Shown here one piece after another: positions 34,477-43,850 of a DNA stretch of 44,143 nucleotides (position 1 is its first letter; the number at the start of each line of letters is the position of its first letter). The stretch is from a virus (lineage: Duplodnaviria > Caudoviricetes): positions 1 through 44,143 of IMG/VR virus record IMGVR_UViG_3300031629_000006; one strand, given 5' to 3'. Under the pieces are notes generated by a model. That model saw only the letters and a list, made by a program, of their open reading frames with translations, ran no database searches and was not told the origin of the DNA. Made by a program: the position numbers and the translations under genes.

Positions 34477-35391
34477 TTAACTATCCGCATACATATCAAA
34501 GGCAGCATCAAAGTCATCTGGAGCGGATTGCCCATTAGAGGCTCGCGTAGATTTGCTGCGAATACCTGCAGAATCATTGAGTTGCTTTTGTCGTTTGCGT
34601 TGGATTTCGGTGACGTTATTGCCACCTTGAGTATGATTATCTGAGTAATTCCCCTGCGGCTGAGAAGATTTGAAATATCCGATTAGTGCAGCGGCATCCT
34701 CTGCGGCCTCACTGTGGATTAATTCTTTCGTCACGGCAGGCTGATTATCCAGCCAGACAGAAAATTCAGTTGAAGCGACTATCTCCTTCCAGTTACCGTG
34801 CTCGCGTTCCAGTGCAGCGTCCTGTTGGTTGGCTTGCTCAGTAGCTAAAGCTTGATCTCTTAGGACTTTCTCATCCCTAAAAGGTGTCAACGCTTCATCA
34901 ATTCTCTGTTGTATTAGTTTTTGTGTTTCAACATCCTTCATGGCTATACGGGATTCAATCGCGTCATCCATATCAGGGTATTCACTTTTAAAAGCCGCCA
35001 TATCTTCTGGGGACTGCATCGCTTTAACAATATCCTGTGCGGATGGTGTGTCACCAACGGCATTGGATACTGATTGCAATTCGTTTACTTTGCGCTGGAG
35101 TGCTCCAACGCGACCTGCATCACTGTTGCGCTGATGTGATAGTCGGTTGTTCTCGGTGACTAACTTCTCATACGCTATACGCTGCTCATCTGGCGCTTCA
35201 GCCCAAATGTTAATTGGTTCTTCTGATACTTCTGGTTCTTCTGTAGCTTCGGGTTCAATCGCCCCCTCATCGTCTACTTCTAAATCATCAATAACTTCTT
35301 CAATGACTGGTTGCTCATTAAATACTTGCTCGTTGCCTGCAACCTCATCAAATGCAGAATCAAAATCCTCATGGGCGTTTTCAATCGTCAT
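34477..35391 (-). CDS. Capsid scaffolding protein
   Basis: Very acidic N-terminus, S..GRV.ALQ coiled coil and DFD.AF at both ends. Between portal and MCP. Confidence 0.8.
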   Translation of the reverse strand: MTIENAHEDFDSAFDEVAGNEQVFNEQPVIEEVIDDLEVDDEGAIEPEATEEPEVSEEPINIWAEAPDEQRIAYEKLVTENNRLSHQRNSDAGRVGALQRKVNELQSVSNAVGDTPSAQDIVKAMQSPEDMAAFKSEYPDMDDAIESRIAMKDVETQKLIQQRIDEALTPFRDEKVLRDQALATEQANQQDAALEREHGNWKEIVASTEFSVWLDNQPAVTKELIHSEAAEDAAALIGYFKSSQPQGNYSDNHTQGGNNVTEIQRKRQKQLNDSAGIRSKSTRASNGQSAPDDFDAAFDMYADS

Positions 35392-35423
35392 GCTTGCTTT
35401 CCTAGCGGTTTAATAAAACGGCT

Positions 35424-35621
35424 TTAGTTATTGTTAGGTTCACGCAAGCTTGTTTGCTTGGGCATCCCTAACAGTTTTCGTAGAGTTATAATTTCGCCAC
35501 GGGTTAATGTGGTTGTGTCATGGTCACTGTGGATAGACTCAAGACGTGCTTTTTTAGACGTGAGTTCGCCCTCGGCCCAAGCCTTTACGGCCAGCCAAGT
35601 CCCTGAGTGAATGTCGATCAC
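35424..35621 (-). CDS. Small protein downstream of portal (Bbp19-like position)
   Basis: 65 aa with W..V..W...RGEI..LR.L pattern. Confidence 0.65.
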   Translation of the reverse strand: MIDIHSGTWLAVKAWAEGELTSKKARLESIHSDHDTTTLTRGEIITLRKLLGMPKQTSLREPNNN

Positions 35622-35622
35622 G

Positions 35623-37824
35623 TTAGATTCCTGAACCCATTGTCATCTTGAGAGATTTTTCTTTTTCAAATAGAGAGTCTTTCGATCTAACGTCTAGCTG
35701 TTTAATGCCGAGCTTGGTTTTTAAATCGCTGATCTTCATGTTCTGATCAGTCGCAAGCTTCGCCAGGTCAACCTCACGCACAACCATCATGCTTTCACGC
35801 TTCAATTGAATCTCTTCTTTCTTGGCTTCAATAGCCATGAACTTCAATTCTGAGTCTGCTTGAGCCTTCATGTGCATCAACTCAAGCTTCTTCATTGCGA
35901 GCGGGTCGCCTTTATCTGCCTGCTGTTGCGTCTGAGCCTGAATCATCTGCTCTTGCATCTGCTGCTGTTGCTCAGTTAATGATTTAATTTCTTCGTCAGA
36001 CTTCACAATATCCTTTGTTTCAAGCTGCATTGAACTAACCACCTTGCGATATAGCTCAGCAGTGTTGGTTAAAGGCTCAAGAAGGGGTGATGACGCCATG
36101 TTCATTAGATTCATTAAGTTGCGGGCCTGCTCCTCCTTAACGAGTAGTGAGGAGGCTCCACGGGCGTCTACGTCATAATCACCTTTGAGGTCATTATTCG
36201 CATTGAACTGCATATTCCAGTCATACATACGCTTAATGTGTGTACGGGTAATATTATCGTCCCAATTCTTAACTACTCTGCGCATCATTGTGTTAGCTGA
36301 GTTCATTAAGATTCGCATACCGTTATAGGTATCAGACGCATCGCCCTGTTCACCTTGAGCAATCTGTGGGATAGCTGTTTCTTCGTCCGCTAATCCTCTA
36401 GCGAATTGGAATAAGGCTAGTAGCTCATTAGTGTGGCCATCAATGTTGAATACACCAAAGGCATCACGAAGGCTGGCATTAGGATCTAGCTTCTTCCATA
36501 CCTTTCGGCCTGTTAGAGTCCAGCTTCCATCTGCAGGAGCGACTACATTATCGTCTACCACTATCTGCGGCCCTGCAGACAATGCACCATTGTCCATTAC
36601 CATGCGCCATGTGCCGTTCATTACACGCTGGCTGTCTTCCATCATTTGAGGAATGCCGAAGCCAAAGATACTGGTATCGTCTTCTTCCCAACAAAACACA
36701 CTGTATGGAACTTCTTCAGTATCAGATGGATTGATAACAGCTTTAATGACGTGCTTTTCTGTAAACCAGACTACACCTTCAGCCTCATCAAGCATCTCGT
36801 CATCGTCAACTTCACAACCACACGCACGAAGCTCGTCTTTAGTTATGGGGCCGTGATATTCCCAGACCTCATACTTGTTATTCTTTACTCCAGTAACGCC
36901 AGCCATGTTGCGTAACTCTTCTAGATGGCTAGACGTGTTTAATAACTCAGTGTCAGTTTGAAGTACTTGAGCTATCTGGTCTTTCATAAACCCTAAGCCA
37001 CCTTGCGTTGCCAGCTTGATAAGCTCTTTCTTGCTCATCTGGTGACGCTGAAACACACCAACTGACTCTTCAATTGTTCGGGCAGACATATCGGGAAAGA
37101 AGTCCCACACATCCACAAACTCTGCGCCAGGTCGCAACTCTTGGCTTGTCTGCATGATATGAACGGAATTACCCTCCTCATCTTTCTGCTCAACCCAGTT
37201 CTTGCGTGTCTTGTTATGTACTACTGGCCCTTTCAATACGCCCGTACCTAAACGAACCGCCTGCTTTACAATGTCTCGGCAGTGAGCGTTATATCCAGCT
37301 TCATTCAACTGGTCATCAATCTCATCCTGCATGGCGTCCGCACGTTCTCGCGCTTCTTCTATCTGGCCTGCAGCTAAATCACGCTTCTCAACTTGAACGC
37401 CTTTATCTGTAACGAACTGCTGCCCATCTTCATGGCTAACAGGTGTTTCATCACCAACCATTTTAGCGAGGTAAGGAATAGGAGTTGGCTGAATAGCCCA
37501 GTTCCGATCATCAGTCGGGAATATAATGTCGAGTAGGCGTGATTCCGCAGTGTTCGCCATCTTTCGAGTGATGTTAACGAATACTTTTGAACCTTTAGAC
37601 GCATCAAGACGTGTCTGTGTTTCAGGATCATAGATACCATTTAACTGGCGAGTGTTACGCAACCAACGATCTTCAAGAATGCGGCGCTTGTTAACGCGCT
37701 CCATGACGTTGTTATGTAGTGAGTGGCCAAGGCCGACTAAACGATCTGCTAGCTCTTTCTCGGCACGTACTTGCGCCTCATGCTCAGATTCGTCTGAATA
37801 GTAGTTATCAAAATCATCGGACAT
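35623..37824 (-). CDS. Portal protein
   Basis: 733 aa after TerL. FVNITR, LGTGVLKGP, WDFFPD, VWEYHG, FGFGIP and a Gln-rich barrel C-terminus. Confidence 0.93.
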   Translation of the reverse strand: MSDDFDNYYSDESEHEAQVRAEKELADRLVGLGHSLHNNVMERVNKRRILEDRWLRNTRQLNGIYDPETQTRLDASKGSKVFVNITRKMANTAESRLLDIIFPTDDRNWAIQPTPIPYLAKMVGDETPVSHEDGQQFVTDKGVQVEKRDLAAGQIEEARERADAMQDEIDDQLNEAGYNAHCRDIVKQAVRLGTGVLKGPVVHNKTRKNWVEQKDEEGNSVHIMQTSQELRPGAEFVDVWDFFPDMSARTIEESVGVFQRHQMSKKELIKLATQGGLGFMKDQIAQVLQTDTELLNTSSHLEELRNMAGVTGVKNNKYEVWEYHGPITKDELRACGCEVDDDEMLDEAEGVVWFTEKHVIKAVINPSDTEEVPYSVFCWEEDDTSIFGFGIPQMMEDSQRVMNGTWRMVMDNGALSAGPQIVVDDNVVAPADGSWTLTGRKVWKKLDPNASLRDAFGVFNIDGHTNELLALFQFARGLADEETAIPQIAQGEQGDASDTYNGMRILMNSANTMMRRVVKNWDDNITRTHIKRMYDWNMQFNANNDLKGDYDVDARGASSLLVKEEQARNLMNLMNMASSPLLEPLTNTAELYRKVVSSMQLETKDIVKSDEEIKSLTEQQQQMQEQMIQAQTQQQADKGDPLAMKKLELMHMKAQADSELKFMAIEAKKEEIQLKRESMMVVREVDLAKLATDQNMKISDLKTKLGIKQLDVRSKDSLFEKEKSLKMTMGSGI

Positions 37825-37848
37825 AAAAAAACCGCCTCCTGAGCGGTT
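37825..37848 (-). terminator. Terminator-like hairpin overlapping the portal RBS
   Basis: Minus strand reads AACCGC-TCAGGAG-GCGGTT-TTTTT-ATG. Confidence 0.65.
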
Positions 37849-39307
37849 AGTAGCCTACGGTTGAATCCGCAGCACTGGAGCCAAAGCCCGTTTGAGTTCT
37901 TCGTATTCGTACTGGCATTGCGTGGAGCAGTGCTAGCGCGTCAGCATCATCGGGTGATACGCCGATTAGTTTCTTGATTTCTTTCTTGTCAATTAGGATT
38001 AGACGGTCTTTAGCGTCCGTCTTATAGTCGGTTGCTTCCAGCTCTGAGCGCAGATCATCGTTATCTTCAATGACACCGCCAGCCCTTAGCCATTCAACCA
38101 ACTTAAAATACATATACGCCCGCATATTTGCATACATGGGGTCAGGTGCTTTGCTAGCGAAGTTAATGCCAATACATTGATAGCCGTACTGCTTAATACG
38201 GTCAACAATGGGGCCGCCTACTCCTGTCTCATCAACAAAGAACGCATCAGGCTTGTAACGATCCAGTAAGACTACTGCTGCTGCAGCAAGTCGCATTGAG
38301 TCGCGCATCTCTGAGCCAGGGTAACTAATGGGTGGTATAGAACGACCATCCAAACCTTTCCTGAATCTAAATACGCAGTTATCGTCACCGCCTCGCGCTA
38401 CGTCCAGCGACATAATGAATGGCATACCCTTTGAATCAGGTATCTCGCCACTCATCGCTGCATCAATAATTTCAGTGGGAACGTACTGGCTGTTCGATGA
38501 TGCGGGGAATACACCACGAACACGCACTTTAAAGAAGTCTGAGTTCTCACCAAAATCTTCTTCCCACTTCTTGATCTGCTCGTTACTAGTGCCTTCAACA
38601 TCACGACTATCAATCTGCTGAGTGTTCCAGCGATGTTTAAACTTTCTAAAACATTCCCTGAAGCGTCCATTAGCCCGTGTTGGGTTGCCAAAGACACACC
38701 AGATAATTTCCGTGTTCTCGTCTGTTAGTGCGCCTTCTGCAACTTCCCATATCAAATCAGGTATTGCCGAGGCTTCATCAAAGATAAGTAGAATGCGCTT
38801 GCCTTCGTTATGAAGTCCCGCAAACGCTTCTGTGTTGTTTTCAGACCAAGGCGTCATATCCATACGCCAAGTCTTTTCATGTGCCTTGTCGTTAGAGAAT
38901 AACGCTGTGGCAGTCATGGTGAACCAAGGCTTAAACGCACAAAGCCTGTGCCATTTAGCAACCTCAGCCCACGTCTTTGTTTTTAGCTGGTTCTCAGTGT
39001 TAGCCGTAACTACGCCGCGAGTATCTTCCTTCGTGGCCATTGCCCAAAGGATAATCCAAGCTACTAGTGCGGACTTTCCTATACCGTGACCTGAAGCTAT
39101 GGCCTCAAGAATCGCTTCTTGTGCGTCAAGCTCACCTGCTTTAAGGCGATCACCAATACTAATAAGCTGTACACGCTGCCAGTCACGAATACTGCGACCT
39201 TCTAGCTCGCCTTCGCCCCAAGTAAACGCGACTTCAACGAATAGAAGCGGGTCGTGTTCACACTCAATGGCTAACGCAACTAGCTCATCATTAATATCAA
39301 CTTCCAT
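37847..39307 (-). CDS. terL: Terminase large subunit
   Basis: Walker A SGHGIGKS, Walker B LIFDEAS, GNPT, and nuclease LDVARGGDD and SPDDADAL. Confidence 0.97.
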   Translation of the reverse strand: MEVDINDELVALAIECEHDPLLFVEVAFTWGEGELEGRSIRDWQRVQLISIGDRLKAGELDAQEAILEAIASGHGIGKSALVAWIILWAMATKEDTRGVVTANTENQLKTKTWAEVAKWHRLCAFKPWFTMTATALFSNDKAHEKTWRMDMTPWSENNTEAFAGLHNEGKRILLIFDEASAIPDLIWEVAEGALTDENTEIIWCVFGNPTRANGRFRECFRKFKHRWNTQQIDSRDVEGTSNEQIKKWEEDFGENSDFFKVRVRGVFPASSNSQYVPTEIIDAAMSGEIPDSKGMPFIMSLDVARGGDDNCVFRFRKGLDGRSIPPISYPGSEMRDSMRLAAAAVVLLDRYKPDAFFVDETGVGGPIVDRIKQYGYQCIGINFASKAPDPMYANMRAYMYFKLVEWLRAGGVIEDNDDLRSELEATDYKTDAKDRLILIDKKEIKKLIGVSPDDADALALLHAMPVRIRRTQTGFGSSAADSTVGY

Positions 39308-39698
39308 TACGCTGTTTTCTAGCCGCAGCTAATCGAAGCGCAATTGAATTTTCTGTTATCTCAACTTTTTCTGTTAGCAATCCGTGAAGCTTTGCCTTAC
39401 CCATAATGGCGGCAATCATAGCGGCAGGTTTAATGTCTTCCCTGGCTATACCCATTGCTTCGTTTAACTCCGTAGTAAGTGAGTCAACCGTTGTATTGTG
39501 GCGTCTTGAGTGAGATTCTTTTATCTCTTCTAGTCTCGCCCTAATATCGCCCTTCTGTAATAGCTTATATGCCGTATTAGTAATCGTTGCTTCTTTCATC
39601 TTCTCAGCACTGTAGTTCAGCCTATACGCCTCACTAGCATTACCTGTTTCAATATACGACTTACAGAACCCTTCTTGCTTCGGTGTTAGTGATTTCAT
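39297..39698 (-). CDS. terS: Terminase small subunit
   Basis: LTPKQEGFC..YIETGNASEAYR..Y...A.KLL. Confidence 0.93.
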   Translation of the reverse strand: MKSLTPKQEGFCKSYIETGNASEAYRLNYSAEKMKEATITNTAYKLLQKGDIRARLEEIKESHSRRHNTTVDSLTTELNEAMGIAREDIKPAAMIAAIMGKAKLHGLLTEKVEITENSIALRLAAARKQRNGS

Positions 39699-39743
39699 AT
39701 CTTAGTTCGCTGGCCATATTAGGCGGGCGCTCCCTTAAACGAC

Positions 39744-40003
39744 AAAAGCCCTGCGGGTTAGGCAAGGCTCTTATGGTTACTTCTGTAGCATTTTAGATAT
39801 TTATACATCTGTTTTTAATGATTGTCAGGGCCAAAGTGTCCTTTTCTTTTATGTGTACCTAAATAGGCATGGGAATGAATTACTCCCGTGCCTAGTAATT
39901 AGGTAGAAGGTTAAGCCTGCCGCATAAAATAGTGTGTGCGCGCAGAAGTAGTACGTGTGCGCGCAGACGCACTATATATTAGGTAATGAGGTTTCAAACC
40001 TCA
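39744..40003 (-). promoter_or_regulatory. Late control region (pR'/tR'-like) with repeats and palindromes
   Basis: Non-coding gap before terS. Terminator-like hairpin 39744-39769, long hairpin 39856-39905, GTGTGCGCGCAGA twice, and a 17-bp palindrome 39987-40003. Confidence 0.55.
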
Positions 40004-40011
40004 ATACTAAA

Positions 40012-40197
40012 TCAATGCTCTAAGTAATCGTCTACGTGAATTACATCACTGAACTCTTCTACCCAGTCCATCGCGCCCTCCATGATTAGATCATCCTCTG
40101 CGTTACGTGGCCTATCCTCAAATTCGGTAATGAGAGCTAACAGCAGAACCATAAATAAAGCTCCCTCGTTTAAAATATCTTGTTGTTCTTCGCTCAT
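40012..40197 (-). CDS. Small acidic hypothetical protein
   Basis: 61 aa with an AAGGA RBS and TAATG overlap. Confidence 0.6.
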   Translation of the reverse strand: MSEEQQDILNEGALFMVLLLALITEFEDRPRNAEDDLIMEGAMDWVEEFSDVIHVDDYLEH

Positions 40198-40418
40198 TAC
40201 AATTCCTTATCTACCTCAGCAGGGTACTTTAATATGTCAGCCCACTTATTCCCTGGTTGTTTTAGATTATTTGCTTCAATAAACCTTTCAACTAAATACG
40301 CTACGGGTGAGCAGTTTTCAGTTGCGCCTATAGTAATATCCTCATCCCTTGCAGTTAGCCATGCAGCGAACCCATACACCGCCTCACTTGCTGTCAATTC
40401 TTTAGTTTGCTCGCTCAT
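40197..40418 (-). CDS. Hypothetical phage protein
   Basis: LTASEAVYGFAAWLTAR, with an AAGGA RBS. Confidence 0.7.
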   Translation of the reverse strand: MSEQTKELTASEAVYGFAAWLTARDEDITIGATENCSPVAYLVERFIEANNLKQPGNKWADILKYPAEVDKEL

Positions 40419-40471
40419 ATTTAGTCCTTATATTAGAGTTTGATTTTATCCGTTTGAAACCGAGAAAGTAT

Positions 40472-40849
40472 TTACGCTGCCTTTTCCATTGACCATAGAA
40501 CACCCTCTAAGGTAGATTCCGCTCGCATGAGAATGTCACTGGATATGTTTTTGTTATTGTGGAAATGAACGCCTAGACGCCTACAACTGTATTTGAATAA
40601 CCAACGGTAAATTATGTAATCACTTAGCATTCGGTCACGCTGAGCTACAATTGATATTGCTGCCTCAATCCGTTCCGCATCCTTGTTGATAGGTGGCCCC
40701 TCACTTGCTGGTCTAGCCTCCCAGTCAGGTGATTTAAACTCTTTAAACATTGGGCATGGCGTATAACCTAGAGAAACCTTCTCCCTCGACCAGTTAGCCC
40801 AGTTGTGCATTAAATCCGCTGTTGATTCACTCAATACGTTTGATTGCAT
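40472..40849 (-). CDS. Antitermination protein Q-like
   Basis: NWANWSR...LGY..CPMF...DAERIEAAIS...S.RRL C-terminal HTH. Lies after ninG and before the late genes. Probable start is 40849. Confidence 0.7.
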   Translation of the reverse strand: MQSNVLSESTADLMHNWANWSREKVSLGYTPCPMFKEFKSPDWEARPASEGPPINKDAERIEAAISIVAQRDRMLSDYIIYRWLFKYSCRRLGVHFHNNKNISSDILMRAESTLEGVLWSMEKAA

Positions 40850-40915
40850 TTTAAAGTTCCGTTTAACAAGGTATAAAAAAGTAGTCAGGTAACAACACAT
40901 CAGCAACAGATTTAT

Positions 40916-41506
40916 TTAAGGGCCATCGTTTGCCGCCTCTAGTTGGTTAGCCTTAGCTTTGTACTTCGCTTTAATTGCCAATATATCCTCGCGTGTGTAT
41001 TTTGCTGGCTTATGCGGCCCTTCTAGTAGCTCCACCCCTTCCACTCCTATTTTGTTAATTAGGTTGATACGGTAATGAATGCCATTGCCGCTTAAATGGT
41101 TATTGCAGATTGAACATTGGGCATTTACATTTGTCTCCAGGTAACGTAACTCTGGTGAGCTACCCACGCTGAGGTAATGGCCCGCATGAATCTGTCTGTC
41201 AGTGTGTTTTTGGCAACTGATACATGGCTGGCCCCTATCCCGCAGACGAATGAACCGATTAAATTCTGGCTGCGCTTCTTTGTGTAGCTGCCCTAACGTC
41301 TTCGCTGCTTGCTTACGCTGCCTTATGTCTTTCTTTGCTAACGCCTTAGCTTTTACTCTAGCCTTGCTTACAGACACCATAGCTTTGGCCTGTTGATGCT
41401 CTAACGCATGATCCTTACCGCAGAAAAATCCCAACGGCACAGTTACGCCAGTTTCAACAAGTGAAAACTCTTTACAGTGTCTACACTTCTTTTTTGTATT
41501 AGCCAT
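40916..41506 (-). CDS. ninG: NinG/Rap recombination endonuclease
   Basis: AQPEFNRFIRLRD...CISC...HAGHY.SVG..PELRY...N.NAQC..CN.HLSGN...YR..LI.KIG. Confidence 0.95.
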   Translation of the reverse strand: MANTKKKCRHCKEFSLVETGVTVPLGFFCGKDHALEHQQAKAMVSVSKARVKAKALAKKDIRQRKQAAKTLGQLHKEAQPEFNRFIRLRDRGQPCISCQKHTDRQIHAGHYLSVGSSPELRYLETNVNAQCSICNNHLSGNGIHYRINLINKIGVEGVELLEGPHKPAKYTREDILAIKAKYKAKANQLEAANDGP

Positions 41507-41977
41507 TTAGGCGGCTTGCTCCCACTCAGCAACAAAGTCCCACGCATCCAATTTAGCAAATATTGCGCCTGCTTCTTGCTCAGTCCATTCATGCCCTACT
41601 GGTGAAGCCAGCCATCCAACATTTAATGTATGAGCCGTATTACAGCCGTCTAGCAGTGAAAGGTGATGTTCGTGTAGCACGGATAATAGGTCAGACTGTT
41701 TACATGGCTCATTAGTCGTAACCACTAGGCTCTGCATATACTCCTTACCCGTTTGATCGCGGCAGAAAACTGCACAATAGACTGACCATGTGTAACGCCC
41801 TACTTCGATAGTTTTAGCTAGTGCTGGGCCTGCCTTGAAGCCTTTCTTAGTCTTTAGGTCTACCATCCGACAAAGGCCATCGCCTCCCGCAACAAAGCTG
41901 ATAGCGCAGCCTTTTAATACAGACTTGCCTAGTCGCTCTAATCTACGTTGATGGTTGTTTGCTTTCCGTTTGCTCAT
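41507..41977 (-). CDS. Hypothetical nin-region protein
   Basis: 156 aa with W.VYCAVFCRDQ.G.EY...GWLASP. Translationally coupled. Confidence 0.75.
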   Translation of the reverse strand: MSKRKANNHQRRLERLGKSVLKGCAISFVAGGDGLCRMVDLKTKKGFKAGPALAKTIEVGRYTWSVYCAVFCRDQTGKEYMQSLVVTTNEPCKQSDLLSVLHEHHLSLLDGCNTAHTLNVGWLASPVGHEWTEQEAGAIFAKLDAWDFVAEWEQAA

Positions 41978-42462
41978 GCCGCTTGCTTCCTTTCTGATAG
42001 CTGCTGGTACTCTTCGTATATGCCTACACTCTTCTCAGAGAATGTCGCACCATAGTCAATGCCAGTAACGTATAAATATTCAATAAACTTGGCCGCTTCT
42101 GGCTTGGTCAGTTTCACAGTGCTTGGTCGTAGGTAAATAGGAAATTGATTGCGTAGGCTCATAGTCCACTCGCCCTTATGCGTTAGTGGCTCTCCCAATT
42201 GATCTAACTCGGCTTCAAAATCAACCACAAGCTTTGCCTTCCAAACGTCCAAGCTGTAAGGCTTTTTACCTACCACTACAGTTTTAGCAATATCGCTGAT
42301 CATGGCGTGATACTTCGCTTGCTGAATGTAGGTTTTAATCACCTGGCCAATACTGATTTGTATCTCGCCGTATGCCGCTATACCCTGCTCGACCCACTTC
42401 CATAAGAGAGCCATTTCTATATCTTTGTTTTCAGCGTTAATGATCCTAGTGACTCTGCTCAT
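41974..42462 (-). CDS. ninB: NinB/Orf-family recombination protein
   Basis: QQAKYHAMISDIAK...WK..LV..F...STVKLTK.E...FIEYL...G...GATFSE. Confidence 0.82.
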   Translation of the reverse strand: MSRVTRIINAENKDIEMALLWKWVEQGIAAYGEIQISIGQVIKTYIQQAKYHAMISDIAKTVVVGKKPYSLDVWKAKLVVDFEAELDQLGEPLTHKGEWTMSLRNQFPIYLRPSTVKLTKPEAAKFIEYLYVTGIDYGATFSEKSVGIYEEYQQLSERKQAA

Positions 42463-42815
42463 TCTGGATTTACCGTAACTAGAAGCATTGGCGACTCCAT
42501 AGTAACTAGTAGCATTCGCTTAGTTTTTTTCACGACAATATATCCGTCATCTTTAATTAGGCTTCGTTGCATTAGCGCAGAAACCTCTACGGCAATTCTC
42601 CTACCCATCTGCAGCTCAATATCTTGGCGCGTGATCGGCTGTCTTTCGCGGATAATGTTCAGTACTTGCATCTGCTTAGGCGTTACTGGATCGTTCTTTA
42701 TTTGCCCTGATTCTTCCCATGGAGCGAGCTTTTTAACAACGCCACCACTACTTAGGAAGTCGGCAATTAAGTCCTTATACGGACTGGTTGACCTCACTGG
42801 ATTACACTCCCTCAT
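42459..42815 (-). CDS. Hypothetical protein with winged-HTH C-terminus
   Basis: FLSSGGVVKKL N-module, followed by QVLNIIRERQPITRQDI. Confidence 0.65.
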   Translation of the reverse strand: MRECNPVRSTSPYKDLIADFLSSGGVVKKLAPWEESGQIKNDPVTPKQMQVLNIIRERQPITRQDIELQMGRRIAVEVSALMQRSLIKDDGYIVVKKTKRMLLVTMESPMLLVTVNPE

Positions 42816-43003
42816 GCTGCCTTACTCTTGTTATAGGCTTTAAGCGCACGAGGATTTAACATCTGCTTTAGCTGAGTAGGAATACCACCAGACTCACCGT
42901 TAGCGCATTGTTGAACCTCATTACCTGCATTACGGTAGGCTTGAAGTTTCGCATCGGTAAACGGGCTAACAAGGTCTGCGGGGGCTAAGTAATCTCTTCT
43001 CAT
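42812..43003 (-). CDS. Small hypothetical protein
   Basis: 63 aa with ATGA overlaps on both sides. Confidence 0.6.
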   Translation of the reverse strand: MRRDYLAPADLVSPFTDAKLQAYRNAGNEVQQCANGESGGIPTQLKQMLNPRALKAYNKSKAA

Positions 43004-43248
43004 AAGATTCTCAATAGGCTGCGCGCTACTTTATGGGTATGATCTTTACCGTCTTCGCGTATATTGTTTCCATCTAGCAGTTCACGTACACGACCACACA
43101 CACTGTTGATAGCCCATCCAAGCTCCAAGCCTATATCTTGTCGAGTTATTGGGCCTTTATCTCGGATAACCTGCATAACCTTAGTTCGGCAACTACCTGT
43201 AACTGGAGCGATTGATGCCATTGCTGCCTTACTGTTTTCGTGAATCAT
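43000..43248 (-). CDS. Winged-HTH protein
   Basis: GPITRQDIGLELGWAINSVCGRVREL. Confidence 0.75.
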   Translation of the reverse strand: MIHENSKAAMASIAPVTGSCRTKVMQVIRDKGPITRQDIGLELGWAINSVCGRVRELLDGNNIREDGKDHTHKVARSLLRIL

Positions 43249-43526
43249 GCTGCTTCTCCTTCTGATTGAGTGGCAATTTCTCCACCTAAAGCGATATAAC
43301 CTGCTGCATCTATCCAGCTATCCAAATGATCCAGCGTCTTAGCTAATCGACAAACCTTTACTCCCAGCATACAAAGCGCCACCTGTTTAGATGACACCTC
43401 ATTACCAAGAATTACCGACCAAACCTTTGCGATATTTTCAAAGTTTTCTGCAGCATCGCCATAGTCTTTCGCCCGTTGCCCATCAATTAACTCTGCCGCA
43501 GTGCTTAATACTTCTCTTCTGTTCAT
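43245..43526 (-). CDS. DUF6378-like small helical protein
   Basis: L..A.ELI.G.R.KDYG...NF..IA..WS...VA.CM...K..R.....H.DSWID.AGY. Confidence 0.8.
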   Translation of the reverse strand: MNRREVLSTAAELIDGQRAKDYGDAAENFENIAKVWSVILGNEVSSKQVALCMLGVKVCRLAKTLDHLDSWIDAAGYIALGGEIATQSEGEAA

Positions 43527-43825
43527 GCTGCTAAATCCTTACTTACTGAGAATTTGAGAAAAATGTCACTCTTAACTGAATAGGTTAGGTCGTTATTATT
43601 GAGGTAAGAGCAAACTATCTTCGTTTTTTCGGCAGTCCAATTTAGTGTGTTTCTCAATGTCTTCCGATTAGATGTACCTACATCATTCAAAATACATAAC
43701 ACCTTGAGCGCATCCTTAACCTCGTCCTGCTGTTCACTTCTTAACCAGTGGTTATCGTTGGTCAGGTAATAAATCTTCCCGTAAAGCCCCACTTTGTAGG
43801 TCATTCCATCAATTCTTAACTTCAT
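43523..43825 (-). CDS. Hypothetical protein
   Basis: 100 aa with a GAGG RBS. Confidence 0.65.
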   Translation of the reverse strand: MKLRIDGMTYKVGLYGKIYYLTNDNHWLRSEQQDEVKDALKVLCILNDVGTSNRKTLRNTLNWTAEKTKIVCSYLNNNDLTYSVKSDIFLKFSVSKDLAA

Positions 43826-43850
43826 TCAAACCTCATCCTTGGTTTTATTT

